A DNA stretch of 62,431 nucleotides, filler included. It is 8 parts of 8 records of this genome, joined end to end, with 100 filler letters (N's around TTAATTAATTAA, not from the genome) between each part and the next. Parts side by side here need not be neighbours in the genome. Positions count along the whole stretch, not along the records: positions 39,903 to 62,431 come from SRR7504441_1716; 7 more parts are not named here. One strand, given 5' to 3'. This document shows, piece after piece, positions 49,301 to 62,431 of the stretch. Position 1 is the first letter of the stretch. Every line of letters starts with the position of its first letter. Under the pieces are notes generated by a model. It saw nothing but the letters and a program-made list of their open reading frames with translations. It was not told where the DNA came from and made no database searches. A program made the translations under genes and the position numbers.

Positions 49301-52300
49301 GCCAGGTTTGCTTTGCCGCTGCTGATTTCGGCATCAAGAAATTCAACTCGCTTCTTCTTTTTCTTCAGCTCTGTTATCAGAGATGCATCAGCGCTCAAGG
49401 AGCCTGGAACAAAGCTTCGACGCTCTGCAGCCAGTGCGGCTGCCGCCGTCTGCCTCTCGCGCGACAGCTTGCTTAATTGCTTGCGCTGAGCACGTTTGAC
49501 ATCCTGGGTTTCAGATCTCGCCTCTTTTACTTGTCTGAGCTTGGCCTGGGCCAAAGCGCTCGCCTTCTGGCGACCAGTTTCCCGGACTCGCTCTACACGA
49601 AGCTGCTCTCGAGCTCTATCCGCATCGCGCCAGGCCTGAGTCAAACTGACGAGGGAAGAAATCTCCCGGGTCAAATCATAGACCTCCTTCTTTGCATCTG
49701 CCAATGCTGTAGCGGATCTGTATTCATTACTCCGAGACTTCATTCGAACGTATTTGTGCTTTGCCTCCTTCAGAGAGCGGCGAACCCGTGATATAGTTGA
49801 ATGAAAGATCGCTTGCATGTGCGTGGTGCTATTTGTACCGATTGTTAAATTCATGCCAATCACACTTGCCAGATATTCCCGATTGTATGAGCTCATGAAA
49901 TCGTGGTTTGCTTTTTGAGCCACCGCTCTCCTTGATTTAACAACCGCTTTTGCTTCTGTGACAGCTCTTTTTGATTTCATCGCCACTTCTTTTGCAGCTT
50001 CAAGAGACACCCTATTCGACTTTTGCCTGGCCACGGCTTGGCTAGCTAGAGGCCGGTAAGTCCTTGCAATGGCAAGTTTGTCACCAGAGGGCCATGCTTG
50101 CTCCCCTTTCCTGTGCGCAAGTGACAGGCTTTGCTTAAGCTCGATCTTGTCTTCCTGAGGGCCAGATCCACGCTCGAGGCCATCTTTGGAAGCAATTGAA
50201 GCAACCTTTACAGCTTCGATACCTGAGCCCTGGCCAACGATATAAATCTGGTCAGGACTAAATACGCGCTTGGCCCCTGCCCGCACAAACAGGGCTTTAG
50301 CTCCTGCCGGCACATCTCGTGAGAGTGTACGTCCCAGGAGCTCAGCGGGTATAAGATTGATATTAGCTATCTGGGCTCGCGCACTCGCTTCAGCCTCCTG
50401 CTTTTCTGCCACGTTTAGTTGCCGCTCTGCAAGTACAACTTCACCCTGTAGCTCATCGTATCTCCTTGCCACGCTTTCAATAGCACTGAGCGACGACTGA
50501 GGCGCGTATTTCAGTCGGTACATCATCCTGTTGAGCAGCAGCTGACGACGCGTCTGCTCAACTGCAACCTGTGCATGCTCGAGCTCAAAGCCGACCTGAG
50601 ATGTCTCCCTGCGGCTTTTGGCCGCTTCTTGAGTTGCAATAGTCACTTGGTCTTGTGACCCAATTACTTGTTTAGTTGCTTGTTGCTCTTCAAGTCTCGC
50701 TTGCTCGAGGGCAAGCTTTTTGCTGGTGCTTGTAGCCTCCTCTTCACGAGCCATGACAGAAATAGCCTCCAGCTGCTCGTGCTTTTGCATCGTGGACAAG
50801 GCAGCGTCATTCTGAGACCTCTCTGCAAAGGCGCTGGCGTGCAGTCGAGTCTCTGCCTGATCAAGTTCGGCTCTTTGCTTGGTAGCAGTGCTTGTAGCTT
50901 CGTCAAGGCGTTGTCTCATCTCTGCTAGCCGCTCTCGCGATGGCTCAAGCTTGGCCCCAAACTCATTGCAGACCTTCTCCTTCTCTTGGAATGCGGTTTC
51001 CTTGCCGTGTAAAAACACTTTGTAAGCTTTTAGCCGCCGGTGATCCAGCGCACTATTTGTTGAAAAGAGCCTTTCCTTAGCATCTTTGAACTGAATTTCA
51101 GCGCTTGTCCTCCGATACCGAAGCTCCTTTAGGAACTTCTTGCAACCTTTGAAGTCTTTTTCCATAGATCGCATTTGATTTACTGTACGCTTTACATCCA
51201 GAGCGGCCCTTGTCTCCTCCTGGGTCGAAAATGCCTCCAGTTCCCGTAAATGCTCATAGGTTGTTAGCGCCTCGTTGATATCGGAGTCCTCTAAGTGTCC
51301 AAGTCCTTGCTGTCCACTGATGGCTTGGGTGGTCGCATTTACAAACCGCAACTTATTGCGATCTTCAATTCCCTGAAGCGAGACAAGGCTTTGCTCCTTA
51401 AGATACAGCTTGGCCATGCAGTTGATTTGTTCAGACCATGCGTCATTGACTTGGTATCGCAGCTGTTGGTGTCTTTCATTGAGCTTCGCTTCCAATTGAA
51501 TCGACTTCTGCCTCTTCTCGCGAGAGCTTGCCACCGATACCTCACGACGCACCTTCTCGCCTCGAAGTTTGACACCGACACTCGTCCTGAAAGGAAAGAA
51601 GCTCGCCTTTGCCCGAGAAAGCTCATTTTCTACAGTCTCCAAGCGGCTCTCTAAGCGCCTCTCGCGGTTAATATCTAGCAGCTTGGCTGACAGCGCATCA
51701 GTCAAATCAATGCGTGCACTGGCTAGCTCGACTGTTCTATCCTCAGCGAGTCGCCTCTTGGACTGACAATCTAAGCGGAGTTGGTTGACATTCAGTTCAG
51801 CCGCTTCCAAGCTTGATGCCGACTTCACTGCCGATGTTTGCAACTTGCCAAGCTCCTGCTCCTGCAGCAAAGCCGCAGATCGTTGCGACTCTTGCACCTT
51901 AAATGTATCTGACTGAATGTTTTGGTTTTGTGTTGTGAGCAGCTTGGAGTCAATGTTAAATTTACCTTCCATCTCGGACTCTGAGTGCATTTCCTTAGCG
52001 AGACGCTCGCGCAAGGGTTTGCATCTTGCAGCAACTTCATCCTTCTTTTGGCTTGCATTCTTCAGCTCGACCTGCAGCTGCGAAATCTTCTGCTTTAGAT
52101 AAGTCAGTTCGTCTGTGTTGCCAGCCTTCCCCAATTCGGCCTCTGCAGAATGTTTCTCCTCAAGTGCGTTCTTCTCCTGCTGCACAGCACCAACTTGCAG
52201 CTCAGCAATCCGCAACTCGTCATCACATTCTCGGCTGCTCTCTCGCAGGGCCTCTTGCACTTCCACTGAAAGCCGATCCTTAGCTTGTATGTCTGCTTCG

Positions 52301-55300
52301 ACTGCGGCTTCGAGCTTCTCCTTTGCTGCGAGATCTTGGTGTAGATGGGCAATTCTGGAAGCCACGGCGTGCTCAACGGCCTCATCCGGCTTCGCAAACT
52401 CCAATGGGCCGCTCTTTTCCAGTGTAGGAGTCGGCCGGATAAAATTGTTCTCCAATGCTCGCAACTTTTCGTAGTCAGGATTCGAAGTTGGAGGTTTGGG
52501 CTCGGCACTTGCGCCTTTATCGCCGTCTTCAGCTGCTTTGTCGACTTCTGCGCTCATCTCCTCTTCAGCCAGAAGCAATCCCTCTTCAGCAGCTTTAACC
52601 TTGGCCTCCTTGATCAGGGCGCTTCGTGCCAAGACCTTCTCATTCCTTTCTTTCGCACGAGACTGGGCATCCTTTTGAGCAATTGTATCCAGTGTTTCTG
52701 CAATTGCCTTCATTCGAGCTTCCTTGGACGCCATGCCATTCGCTTTGAGCTCCGACACCCGGATAGGATCCGTCGTTGTCGCCAATTTAGTTGCTAGGTC
52801 GAGGTCAAGTTGTTGACTTTGCTGCTGTTGGAGTTTTACGAGCTGTCCTCGCTTCAGGGCCCTTTGAGAAGTATAAGCCAGCTTCTGTGCGATCTCGTCC
52901 GCTTCGAGTCTCTTTTTCTCGACTTGCTCCTTTTCGATCTTGCCTGTCGCCTGCGTCTCTTCCTTCGCCAATCGTTCTGAATTGTCTCGGGCCATTAGCA
53001 GCGCCTTTTGACGTCGTACTTGTGTATCCAGTGCCCTCTGGGCCAATGCTGCAGCGAAGCGCGCGGCCTGCTCTTCGAAAAGGAGAGTCCGCTGCTGCCT
53101 ACCCTCTAGCTGATTATCCAGCTCCCTCTGTGCCAACGCTGCAGTCATGACGTCGTCTAATGATGCATTCTGCTCTTCTATATCTGCTGCGTTAGTTGAG
53201 GCTCTCTGCGCCGCTTGGAGCTCTTTCTCAGAACGTTGAAATGCTGCTACCTTGCTCTTTTGCTCAGATGCAAGCGAATGCTTTGCCTGTTTCTCTTCCT
53301 GCTTTGCACGCTTCAAATCTCGCTGGGCATCAGTTAGCCTGTCCTGTGCATGTAGTTCCCGCTTTTTAAGGCTTGCACCCTTGGCATTAAGCATGAGCCT
53401 TGCCTTAGCCTGAGTAGCAGCTTCATATAATTTAGCCTTTGCTTCCATTGCCTCAAGAGCTTTGCCCTGGCGTGTCTTTAACTGTATTTCAACAGTTGCA
53501 TCTTTGGTGAGCACCTTGCGCAGGGTCTTCTCTTTGGCCTCCGCTGCCTTTGTTGCTTGCTTGGTCTTCAGGCGCGCCTTAGTTCTCACCTTAGCATCCG
53601 TCTCCTTAATGACAGCAGCTTGAGTTGCAATCTCTTGCTTCTGTGAGGTGACTGACGCCTTTTCGACCAGCGTAGCGATAGAGGCTTTATCTGTCACATT
53701 TGTGGCTCGCAGCTGGGTCTCAAGGTCATGTTGTATTTGTACGGATGAATCGAGGTCTGCCTGGTGCTCCTTGACTGCTTTCAATGCGGTCACCTCCGCT
53801 TTCTTTGCTGCAGTTTCCTTATCGTGAGCTGACGATACCTTGTTTCGATTCTCTGTACTCACCTGGAGTTGCTTCTTAGCTCTGTTCTTGCCTGTCATTT
53901 CGGCTTTTGACCGCAGCTCTTGGACTGCAAATGTCTTGACAGATTGCTCTCGGGAAATGTCAGCATCCTCCCCATTCTCGAGTCTGCTGATTGCCTTGTC
54001 AAGGAACTCCTTGCGTTTTTGCAAGACTGCCTTTTGGGCTTTTTCGGCCGCCTTCTGTTCCTCTTGTTGCTTGTCCCGGGCTTTCTCGTCCCTTTCAAAA
54101 GCCCTTTCGTCCTTCTCCTGCTTAAGGAGGGCTGCTGCAGCAGCGCGTTTGCTCTTCACTTCCTCCTGCTTGGACTTCTTGGCATATTTTTCCTTTCGGA
54201 GTCTTTCTGCATCCTTGGCAGCTCTTTCCTGGCGTTGGTCCTCCTTCTGCTTCATTTCTTCTGCTTCTTCCTTCTTTCTTAGTTTCGCTTCTTCTTTTCT
54301 TTTAGAGGTCGCCTCCTTTGCAACGAGCTCTGCTTTCACGCGTGCCTGCTCAGCCTTGACATTTTCTTGCTGCATTTTGGCTTCTTCGTGCTTGGCTCCA
54401 TTCACTTTCACTTGAACTTTTTTGACAGACTTGTATTGCATCTCGGTAGCCTCCTTTGCATTCTTAAGTTTTCTCAGCAACTTTTCCTCCGCTGCTGCTC
54501 GCTTTCCCTGGGGGTTAACAACGCCTTGTTTTGCAGCAGCCTCAGAGACTTCAGCTTCGGTTTCCATCTGATCCTCGAGTTCCTGCTGCTCCTGTCGCTT
54601 TTGCTCCAAGACCTTCTCAGCAGCTTTCAGTGTTTCTCTCGCCAGGGTCACTACCTTTTTCGACCCTGCTTCTTTCAACTTACCAGCATCGGCGGACCTC
54701 CTTCGCTCCTTCTCGCGCTTTTCAGCCGCCTCCCTCTCTTGCACCATTCGAGCGTTTGTCTGTGCCTCCCTTTTTGCTCTATTTTCTTTGACCATCATTC
54801 TGTCAACTTCTTCCTGTTTTCTTCTTTCGTCCTCTGCTGCTTGCGCTTGTCGCTTTGCTGTAGACTCTTGCTGCTGATTCCGCTTGATACCCTGCTCCCG
54901 GACGAGTGACTTCTGCGCTGCTTCCAGGCGCTTGGCTGCGAGCTTTCGGACCTGCTCTTTGTTCTGGGCTTCAGCTTTTTCCTTTTTCGCTCTCTTCTCT
55001 CTTGTGACTGCGACCTTGACAGCGTGTTCGTCTTGAAAGGCTCGCGCTTCTCGCTGCTTCCCCACAATCTCGCGTGTTGCCTCGGCCTTGCCTCTATCTT
55101 CTCTGATAGCCATAGCTTTGACGCTCTGCTCTTTTTGGACGGCTGCCTGTTCCTCCCCCTGCCGAGCCCGGGCAATCCTCTCAGCAGCATCTAAGCGCCT
55201 CTTCAACTCTCGCACCTCTGGAGGCACAAATACCGGTTCTGTGTCGGCAAAGCTTGGATCCTGCAATCGGATCTGCTCTCCTTTGCGGTGGGCATGCCGT

Positions 55301-58300
55301 AAAGGCCGCTTCAGAGTAACTTTGTGGTCAGATCCTGCCCTGGTGCCAGTGACACTCGCTATATCCACGATCTCGGAGTTTAGTCCATCGCCCACAACGC
55401 ACGATTGATGCTCTTCAAATGCGGCCCCAGTGTGATAGAGTACATTATTACCAGGCGTGGCTGCACGGGTGAGCATGTGAGCAGTCAATGTTCCGAGCCT
55501 CTGCACTCGCTTCTGGATTGCCTCCTTAATCGGTTTATAAGCTACGTTGAAGCTTTCCTGAAGTTTTTCACGAGCCATGCGCGACGTCTTGAACGCCTTG
55601 CGCTGACTCGTCATTTCATTGAGAGTGGCATCGAGCTGATTGTCGATCGTCTGCGCCTCGTGTGCAGATTGGTTACGGTGCCGTGCCATCTGCTCAGTAT
55701 GAGACTCCTTTTCTTCTAGATACATTTGCTGTTCCGTTCTGATCTGCAAGGCACACTTGATCTGGCGTTCACCAGACTTCGCCTTTGTCTCATTCTGCAA
55801 CCCTTCATTCAGCGCCAACCTGGCCTGTGCTGTGCTATTATCACGTGGGCCCTTCTGTGCTCTTTTCGACTCGATCTTGAGCTTGGACAAGCGTTCAGTT
55901 GCACTTTCCAACTGTATCTGCTGTGCATTCAACTTTTGCCGGGTCGAATTTACGCGGGTGTGGCTCTTTGCGAGCTTTTCTCGCTGTTCGCGAGCCTTGC
56001 TAGCCTGTTCGCGGGCCTGGACATCCAGAAACTTGACCCTCAGCTTCTGATCAGCCAGAAGGATGCTGGCCTGCACACGCTGCACCCTATCTTGAAGGTC
56101 TTCTGCCATTTCTTTCATCTGGCGAGTGTGGCTCTTGGCTGATTCCCAGTTCGATCTTGCCATCACCTTTTCCCTTTGATTTGTGGCTGTGATTACTATC
56201 TTCTCCAGTCTCTCCTCCGCATCTCTGGACATCCTGAGAGTCATGCGTTGTGCGTTCCATTGTGCAACTGTCTTAGTCTTGTCTTTTTCATTCCTCTCTC
56301 GTGTCGATGCCATTTCTGTGGTTTTACTTTTAGCCTCTCCCTCAATCTCGCTCTTGGCCTTGGTGCGGATCTGCTTGTCTTGCATCTCGACCTCTCGCAG
56401 CTGTGTAATGCTCTCCTGATCCTCCTGGGCGCAGAGTTTGGTTTGGCGCTCCCTGACTTCAGCCCGTTTCGCATCTTGTTGTTTCTTCTCTACCTGCTCC
56501 TGAGCTCTTTTAGCGTCCATTTCTGCTTTCTTCTTAGTGATTTCTGCCATGGCTTGCTGGTCTTTGTGCTCCCTTTCCATATCGACTTTTTGCCTCTTTT
56601 CACGAGCTTTAAGCCTTCGAACACCCTTGTGCAGCTTCTCTTTCGTGACCTTGCTCTTGCCCTCCTTCCCATGTACTTCCTTCTTTTCAATCTCTGCCTT
56701 TTTACCCTTAGCAACCTTTTCCTGCACTTTTCTGTCGCGCTTTTGAACTGCTTCGCGTTTCTTCTCGTCGAGCTCAGCAGCTGCAGCCACTTTGACTGCA
56801 TCCTCTTTGCGCGCGGCTGCTTTGGCCTGTTTTTCTTTCTTTACAGTGACCTCTCTGCTCTTTTCTAATTTCTTATCAAGGGTTTCCTAAAAGCACATAA
56901 ATCGTCAGACCAAGCATATTCAACGCAATGCGCACCTTGTCCGGGATATTCATAGCAATGCGCACGATAGATGGCTGATTGGCAGATTCACGCTCATTAG
57001 CCACTTCTGCTTCAAGGTCTTTCGCGTCATCTACTTCCTTTTCGAGCTCGAGCCTCCTCTCCAAAGAATCTGCTTCCGATGATTTGCTTTTGACTTCTTT
57101 CCGCGCTGACGCTTGGTTCTTCGCCTCTTGCTCCTGAGCTGCGCTGCTCTTAGATGTCAGCTCCTGCGCTTGTCCTTTCTTGAAAATGCGCTCATCCTCT
57201 TTGGCAGCATCTTTCATTGCTTTCTCAGACTGCTTAGTTTCGCGCTCAGCAGCCTGGCGAGCTTGTGCTTCTGCCTTCTCAGCGACCTCTTGTTGCTTCC
57301 ATTTCTCATATTGCTCTTTCGTCCTGCGTTTGGATGCTTGCTCCTTTTGGACCGCCAATTGCTTGTCCCTTCGTTTCTTATCGGTGGTCTCACGTGCAGC
57401 CTCCGCCCGCTTCTCAACCATTTCCTGCTCGGCCTTCTTATCTGCCTTTTCCTCTTGCTCCAGCTTGTTCCTCTTTTTAGTGGCTTTTTCGAGAGCTTTT
57501 TCACTCTCTTCTTGTCGCTTCAATGCTGCATCCTCGGCTGCCTTAGTATTCAACTCTTGAGAAACTGCTTGTCCGCGTCGCTTGATGTCAGCCTTTGTGT
57601 CCTTCTCTTGTTGCTGGATGTGCGCCATTTCGCGCTCCTTGCCTCGAGAGGCCTCTTTTAATGCTTGGTGTTTGGATAGCACCTCACTCAGCTCTGTCTC
57701 TCTCTTCTTGGCCTCCTCCTTCACTGCTGTTGCGCGCTTTTCTGCCCCTTCTGTCGCGGCTGCCTGGCTTTCTTCACGCGCACTTCGGGATTCCTGGTTC
57801 GCCTTGATGACTGCCGCCTTCTTCTTTTCCAGGATCTCCTTGGCGGTCTTCCGATCTGACTTGGATCTCCCTTCAGCTGCCCTCGCTGCCTCCTCCTTTG
57901 TGCGCCATTCCTGCATGACCTTAGCCTTCTCGTTGGCTTCTGAAGCGGACAGCTTAGATCTGGCGCTTGCCACCTGGCTCTCAACACTGTTTAGCTGTTC
58001 GGAGTCGCTCCTATTGGCGTAGGCTATCTCGAGCTTCTCCTTGAGCGCCGACTCTTGGGCTTTCTCCTCTGCAACTTTGCTTGCTGCGGCCTTTTCCTTA
58101 TTCTCTGTTGCCAGCTGCCTCTTTTGCTCGAGTTTCTGGTGCTCAAGTTCGGTCTGCAACTTCTCCACTTGAGCTGCCTCTTCTTGCTCGGTTTCCTCTT
58201 GTGCAATTGCTGCCATGACTTTGCCTTCTTGACGACTCAAGTCTTGTGTCTCCCTTGTCAAGTTTTGTTGTTGAGCATTTGTCCTAGCATCAGCTGTTTT

Positions 58301-61300
58301 GACAAGGAGTTCCTTGACTATTACAGCTTGAGGAACTTTAACGCTCGCCTCCTTGGCCACTATGCGCTTCATTTCAAGGGTGGCCTGCGTCATGTTGCCA
58401 TTGTTACGGATCTTGCGTTTGGCCATCACTTGCCTCAACTCTTCAGCCTTTTTGCTATCCTTCTCCATATCATCACTGAGAGCCCTCTCAGCCTGAGATG
58501 CAAGATCAAGCTTCTCTGAAACGTTTGAATCTTGCTCTTCGGCATCCTTCAAGGCCTCAAGAAGTCGATCCATCTTCAGATCAGTTGGTCCTATCTGATT
58601 AATAGCATCTTTCTGTTTTTCCAGGGCCGCATGTGCGGCTCGCTTCTTTTCTGCCAACTCTTTAATTCGACGCCTTGTTTGCAGTATCTGCAAGGATTTC
58701 TGTTGCATACGGACCTGCAAGCAGCAAATAATTAGAATGGAAACAGGCAACGAAAAGTGTGACCTGTATGCCAAGCAATCTTTCTTCGTCATCTTCCTCT
58801 TGGCGGCGAAGCTTCCACATGCTTGCTCCGCGGTTGTATTGCGCACGTTCTCGCTTCGAGAGCGTCGAGTCCGTGGCTCGCTTCGAGTCCTTTACCTCTT
58901 GCTCTCGCGCCTGCTTTGATACCTCCTTTGATTGATTTCTGAGGGTTGACAGCGTCACCTCTTGCTGCTTGAGAGCTCGCAAATCCTCGGCAACTCGTTC
59001 CTCATCATCGGGTTGGTCAAGATCAGCACTAGTCGAATCATCTATTTCGATTCGATCAGTTTGAAGAGCCGTGTCCGCTCCTCCGCCTTGATGCATGGCC
59101 TTTTGCATTGCCTTGAGCTGAGATGCGTGTTGATGAAGATGCACCACTTTGTTCTTGGTTCGCATCTTGGACTCTGTTTGTGCCTTCAATCTAGCCTTGA
59201 GCAACTCACAGTGCGTCCCAGTTAAGTCCTTGGCTGCAACCAGATCCACACGGCTCGGGTCACTTTGAAGTTTCTCAGCAAGCATTGTTGTCTTCTTTTC
59301 GCATTGCTTCACCTCGGATGCCAGACCCAGGGCTGCCTGTTCAGCTGCACGATTCTCATGCTCTGCTATTTGGATCTGCTGGTTCACAGTCGCGATTGCT
59401 TCCTTCTCATCGCCGATTGCCTGGCTATCGATGTCTTCAAGTGACTTTTGCACAGCAATCCGAGCGTTGCGCTTTTCTAGGACTTGCTTGTGCACTTTCC
59501 TTGCTGAAATCACCCGGTATCTCGCCAGAGCAGTGGCATTATTGACAGCTTGGTCCAGTTGCAACTGGCGCTCCTGCTCAGCCAAGAGGTGCAGCTGTGT
59601 AGTAGCCTTGACCTGACAAAACACACTCAGAAACAACCCCAGTTGTCAGGGAGTGCACACCGTATCACGCTGGCTAACAGCTCCATCAACCTCTTCCCCA
59701 CTCTGCTGGGCAGCCGCAGAGGCCTGGTCTTTTGCAGTACTGAGCGCAGCTCTCTCGGCATCAGCAGCTGCTTTGGAGTTTTGCACTTGAAGTTGCGCCA
59801 CGCGTAGTTTGTCGTTGGCAGTATGAAGCACCTGCTGCAACTGCTCGACCCTCAAAATCTGCCGCTTCAAGGTCTGTAGACGGTCCGATCGGGCATGTCC
59901 TTCTCGCTTGAAGATCCTGACTTGGAGCTCAGACACTCGTGCTGTCGCTGTCTCTTCTTCTTTCATGTTATTCTTGACCATGAGCTCATGCGTCGCTGCC
60001 TTCATTTGTCTCTTGGGGATCTCTTGGCGAGCGGCATGCTCAACACCCTTAGCCGCCGTCAATTCACTGTTTGCTTGGCCCACAGCTGCCTCGAGCTCTT
60101 CAAGCTCTTCATGAGGTGCCTCTGACCCTCTAAACCTAAACTTGGACAATGCTTCTTGAGCCTCAGCCAGTTGCTGCTGAGATAACTGGTAATTTCTGGC
60201 AGTCTGCTTCTGGTGACTCACTGCCTCGCTCAAAGCCTCCACAGCCACTTGTGCTTTTTGGTGCAGCGCAGCTTGCTTGGCTTCAACTTCCTCCAGTCTG
60301 TCAGCCTCTGCCTTGGCCTTAATTCGTAGAATTGCAATCTTGCCATCTTCATCAGACACTTTGGCGCTGCGAGCTTGGTCCTCTTCCGCATCCAGGAGAT
60401 CTAATTGCTCTGCTAGTTGTGATGCATTCCGTCTCGCTGCAGCTGCCACCTTCACTACCTGCTCGTTAACAGCTTCCAGGTTAAACTTGGCAACTGACTG
60501 CCTAGTAATTGAGACATGCGTTTTGTTCACCCTTGTGTCTATTGTCTGCTTCAGCTCAACCAAGTCCTCACAAGCTTTGAGCTCCTTTCGAAGCTTGGCC
60601 TGCTCTGTCTCCAGCCGGTCGACAGAGGTGCTCAGCTCCTTGCGGAGTTGCTTTGATGACGGTGATTTCGCATTCCAGGTGGATGATTTATACTCGCCCG
60701 CAAGCTGCTCCTGCAGGACGTCCACTTTAGCTCCTATATCTGTGACGATCTTCTTCTGTGCAATGACACTTTGTCTGCATTCGACCAGATCACGGCCAGC
60801 CCCAAGAGATAGCTGGCGCAGCTCCAGCCCTTTACTGTGGTCGACCTCTATCTGAGTTTCCATGTTTCTTAAAGCTTCCTCTGCCTGAATTGCGGCAAGC
60901 TCCTTCTCCTCAGCAGTCGCTTCAGCTGCAGCAGCTTGAGCAAATGCAGCTTCCTCACTGGCCTGCATATCGCTTAAGACCTGGGCCACAGGCTGTTGCA
61001 CTTGTGCCATGACTGCTTGTACAGCCTCGGTGTCGTCATCCCCATTTGCTTGCGTTGGATGATTCCCCTTCCATAGTGCGGTGTAATTTGTTTGCTGAGC
61101 ATTAAGCAGCTTCAGTCGCAAATGCTCTAGTCGTGAGGCCTGCTCCATCAGCTCGGACTTCTTCTCTTGCTCAACGCGGGTGTTTTGCTGATGCAGTGCA
61201 GCAGCAGCAGCCACCAGCCGCTCCGCAACACTAACAGATGTCTTCAGATCTGCGAGTTTCAGTGGCAAGACACTCGCTTCCCTGGCTGTGTCCAGCTTGA

Positions 61301-62431
61301 TTTGCGTCTTCTGGAGCGATGCTTTCAGCCTCTTTAACTCTTGCGAAGAGCGCTCTGCCTTTGTTCTATCCTCAGCAAACTGAGTCTTTGACGCTTGCAC
61401 CAAGTTCTGTGCCATCTTGGTCTGCTGTTTGAGATCTCTCAGGGAGGAATCGCGCCTCTCTGCTGATTCAAATGCTTCTCGCTGGGCCGCAACAATGGCT
61501 GCAACCAGTGCCGGCGCCTTTAAGACCACCTCGCTCTTGGAGTCGATCACTTGCTGCGCTGCCTTTTTCAATGCGTGGGTGTAGGTCTTGACATAAGCTT
61601 GAACAAATTTGATAGAGCAGTCGTTACCGGGGTTTTCAAACATCCTTCCTGTTGCTGTGAGCCATTTGTTCCTCCGTAGCACAGGAAGAGACTCAATCTT
61701 GCCACTTGCTCCGATGCACGTCCAGTTGTCACTTTGTCGAGTCTGTGCCCCAAAGGCCAGCGGCTGAAGCTCAGTACTCATGGCCGGCGCGTCAAACGAT
61801 GCGATTGTGACCATCGAGCCAGGCATCCGAGATGCCTTGACCAAGCCAAATATGGCAGCAGTAGAGGGAACAGCCTTGCCAGCCTGGTACTCCAGGGTGG
61901 CCAACTCAGATTCGCTTTCGAGGGCAGCAGCGACTGCTTGTTGATTCGCCTGCTGCACCTGGCACACAATGAAATCACACAGGGTCAGAGGCAGCTGTGT
62001 AATCACCTGTTTGAGAGCGGCCTTTGCACGGGCATTCGCCCGGAAATCTGACGGACTGGATCCATTGCGAGTGTTGTACTCGGCCTGTCCAGACAGGTCA
62101 GGCACCCAGTACCGCCGCTAGGCTACCTCGACAGCTGCATTCCTGGCATGATCAACCACCTTGTTGAGCCTGGCAAGCATCCCAGTCAACTTGCTCTTTC
62201 GACGCTGTCTCGCGTCTCTTGTCTGCTTGAATACCACGTCAAGAAGCGACTTGCCAATCTGAGGCTCCGAGTACTCGATCCTTTCGCATGACCCAAGCCC
62301 AGCAGCATACTTTTCCAGTGCGTCGATATAGGCAGCAGCTGAGTCTGCAACAAACATCTGGCGACAGCGTGCTATGCTCAGCGCTGAGCTGTTAGCCACC
62401 ATGCTCAGTCCTGCGCTGCACCCCCCCCCCC
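43312..62431 (-). CDS. Giant coiled-coil protein (>6000 aa, 5' end beyond window) with FN3 domain and repeated Cys modules
   Basis: ORFs 62118-62402, 59646-62105, 58662-59636, 56876-58846, 44227-56790, 43881-44237 and 43312-43815 join in frame through short introns (e.g. 56887-56935, 43914-43957). E/K/A/Q-rich heptads; FN3 W...LWPGASYLFRVRA..AAG.WGPWS at about 47780-48050. Confidence 0.85.

Noticed and set aside
62421-62431. Poly-C run at the window end
   Set aside because: Truncated at the edge; probably intronic low-complexity sequence or a sequencing artefact.

Overview
This is eukaryotic (protist) genomic DNA. It is not one locus: eight unrelated contigs (1-7991, 8092-14058, 14159-19265, 19366-24627, 24728-28291, 28392-34815, 34916-39802, 39903-62431) are joined by artificial 100-nt N44-TTAATTAATTAA-N44 linkers. 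The genome is very compact. It carries about 26 genes, with GT-AG and frequent GC-AG introns mostly 36-50 nt long, head-to-head gene pairs whose ATGs are 24-121 nt apart, and a steep 5'-to-3' GC gradient. Recognisable genes: MORN-repeat protein, three secreted glycoside hydrolase-like proteins, renalase, AlkB-like and CmcJ/asaB-like oxygenases, DOT1-like methyltransferase, Vps33-like, RAD5, NSE3/MAGE, sulfotransferase, EF-hand/DUF1336, taspase-1, a plant ABCC1/2-like MRP transporter, D-serine dehydratase-like, a divergent Rab-like GTPase and an ankyrin protein. Most notable: (i) a probably secreted coiled-coil protein of more than 6000 aa with a recurring W-x-C cysteine module, two phage/bacterial-like beta modules and an FN3 domain; (ii) a TTAGGG telomeric insertion flanked by a perfect 29-nt duplication inside a RAD5 intron; (iii) Vps33 fused to discoidin and EF-hand domains with an SH3-like insert; (iv) a spliced 99-aa Gly/Tyr protein; (v) a recurrent YAACGG motif in the tiny bidirectional promoters. 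Inverted coding fragments at two contig ends suggest amplification (MDA-type) chimeras. All family calls come from motif recognition by eye; no database searches were run.
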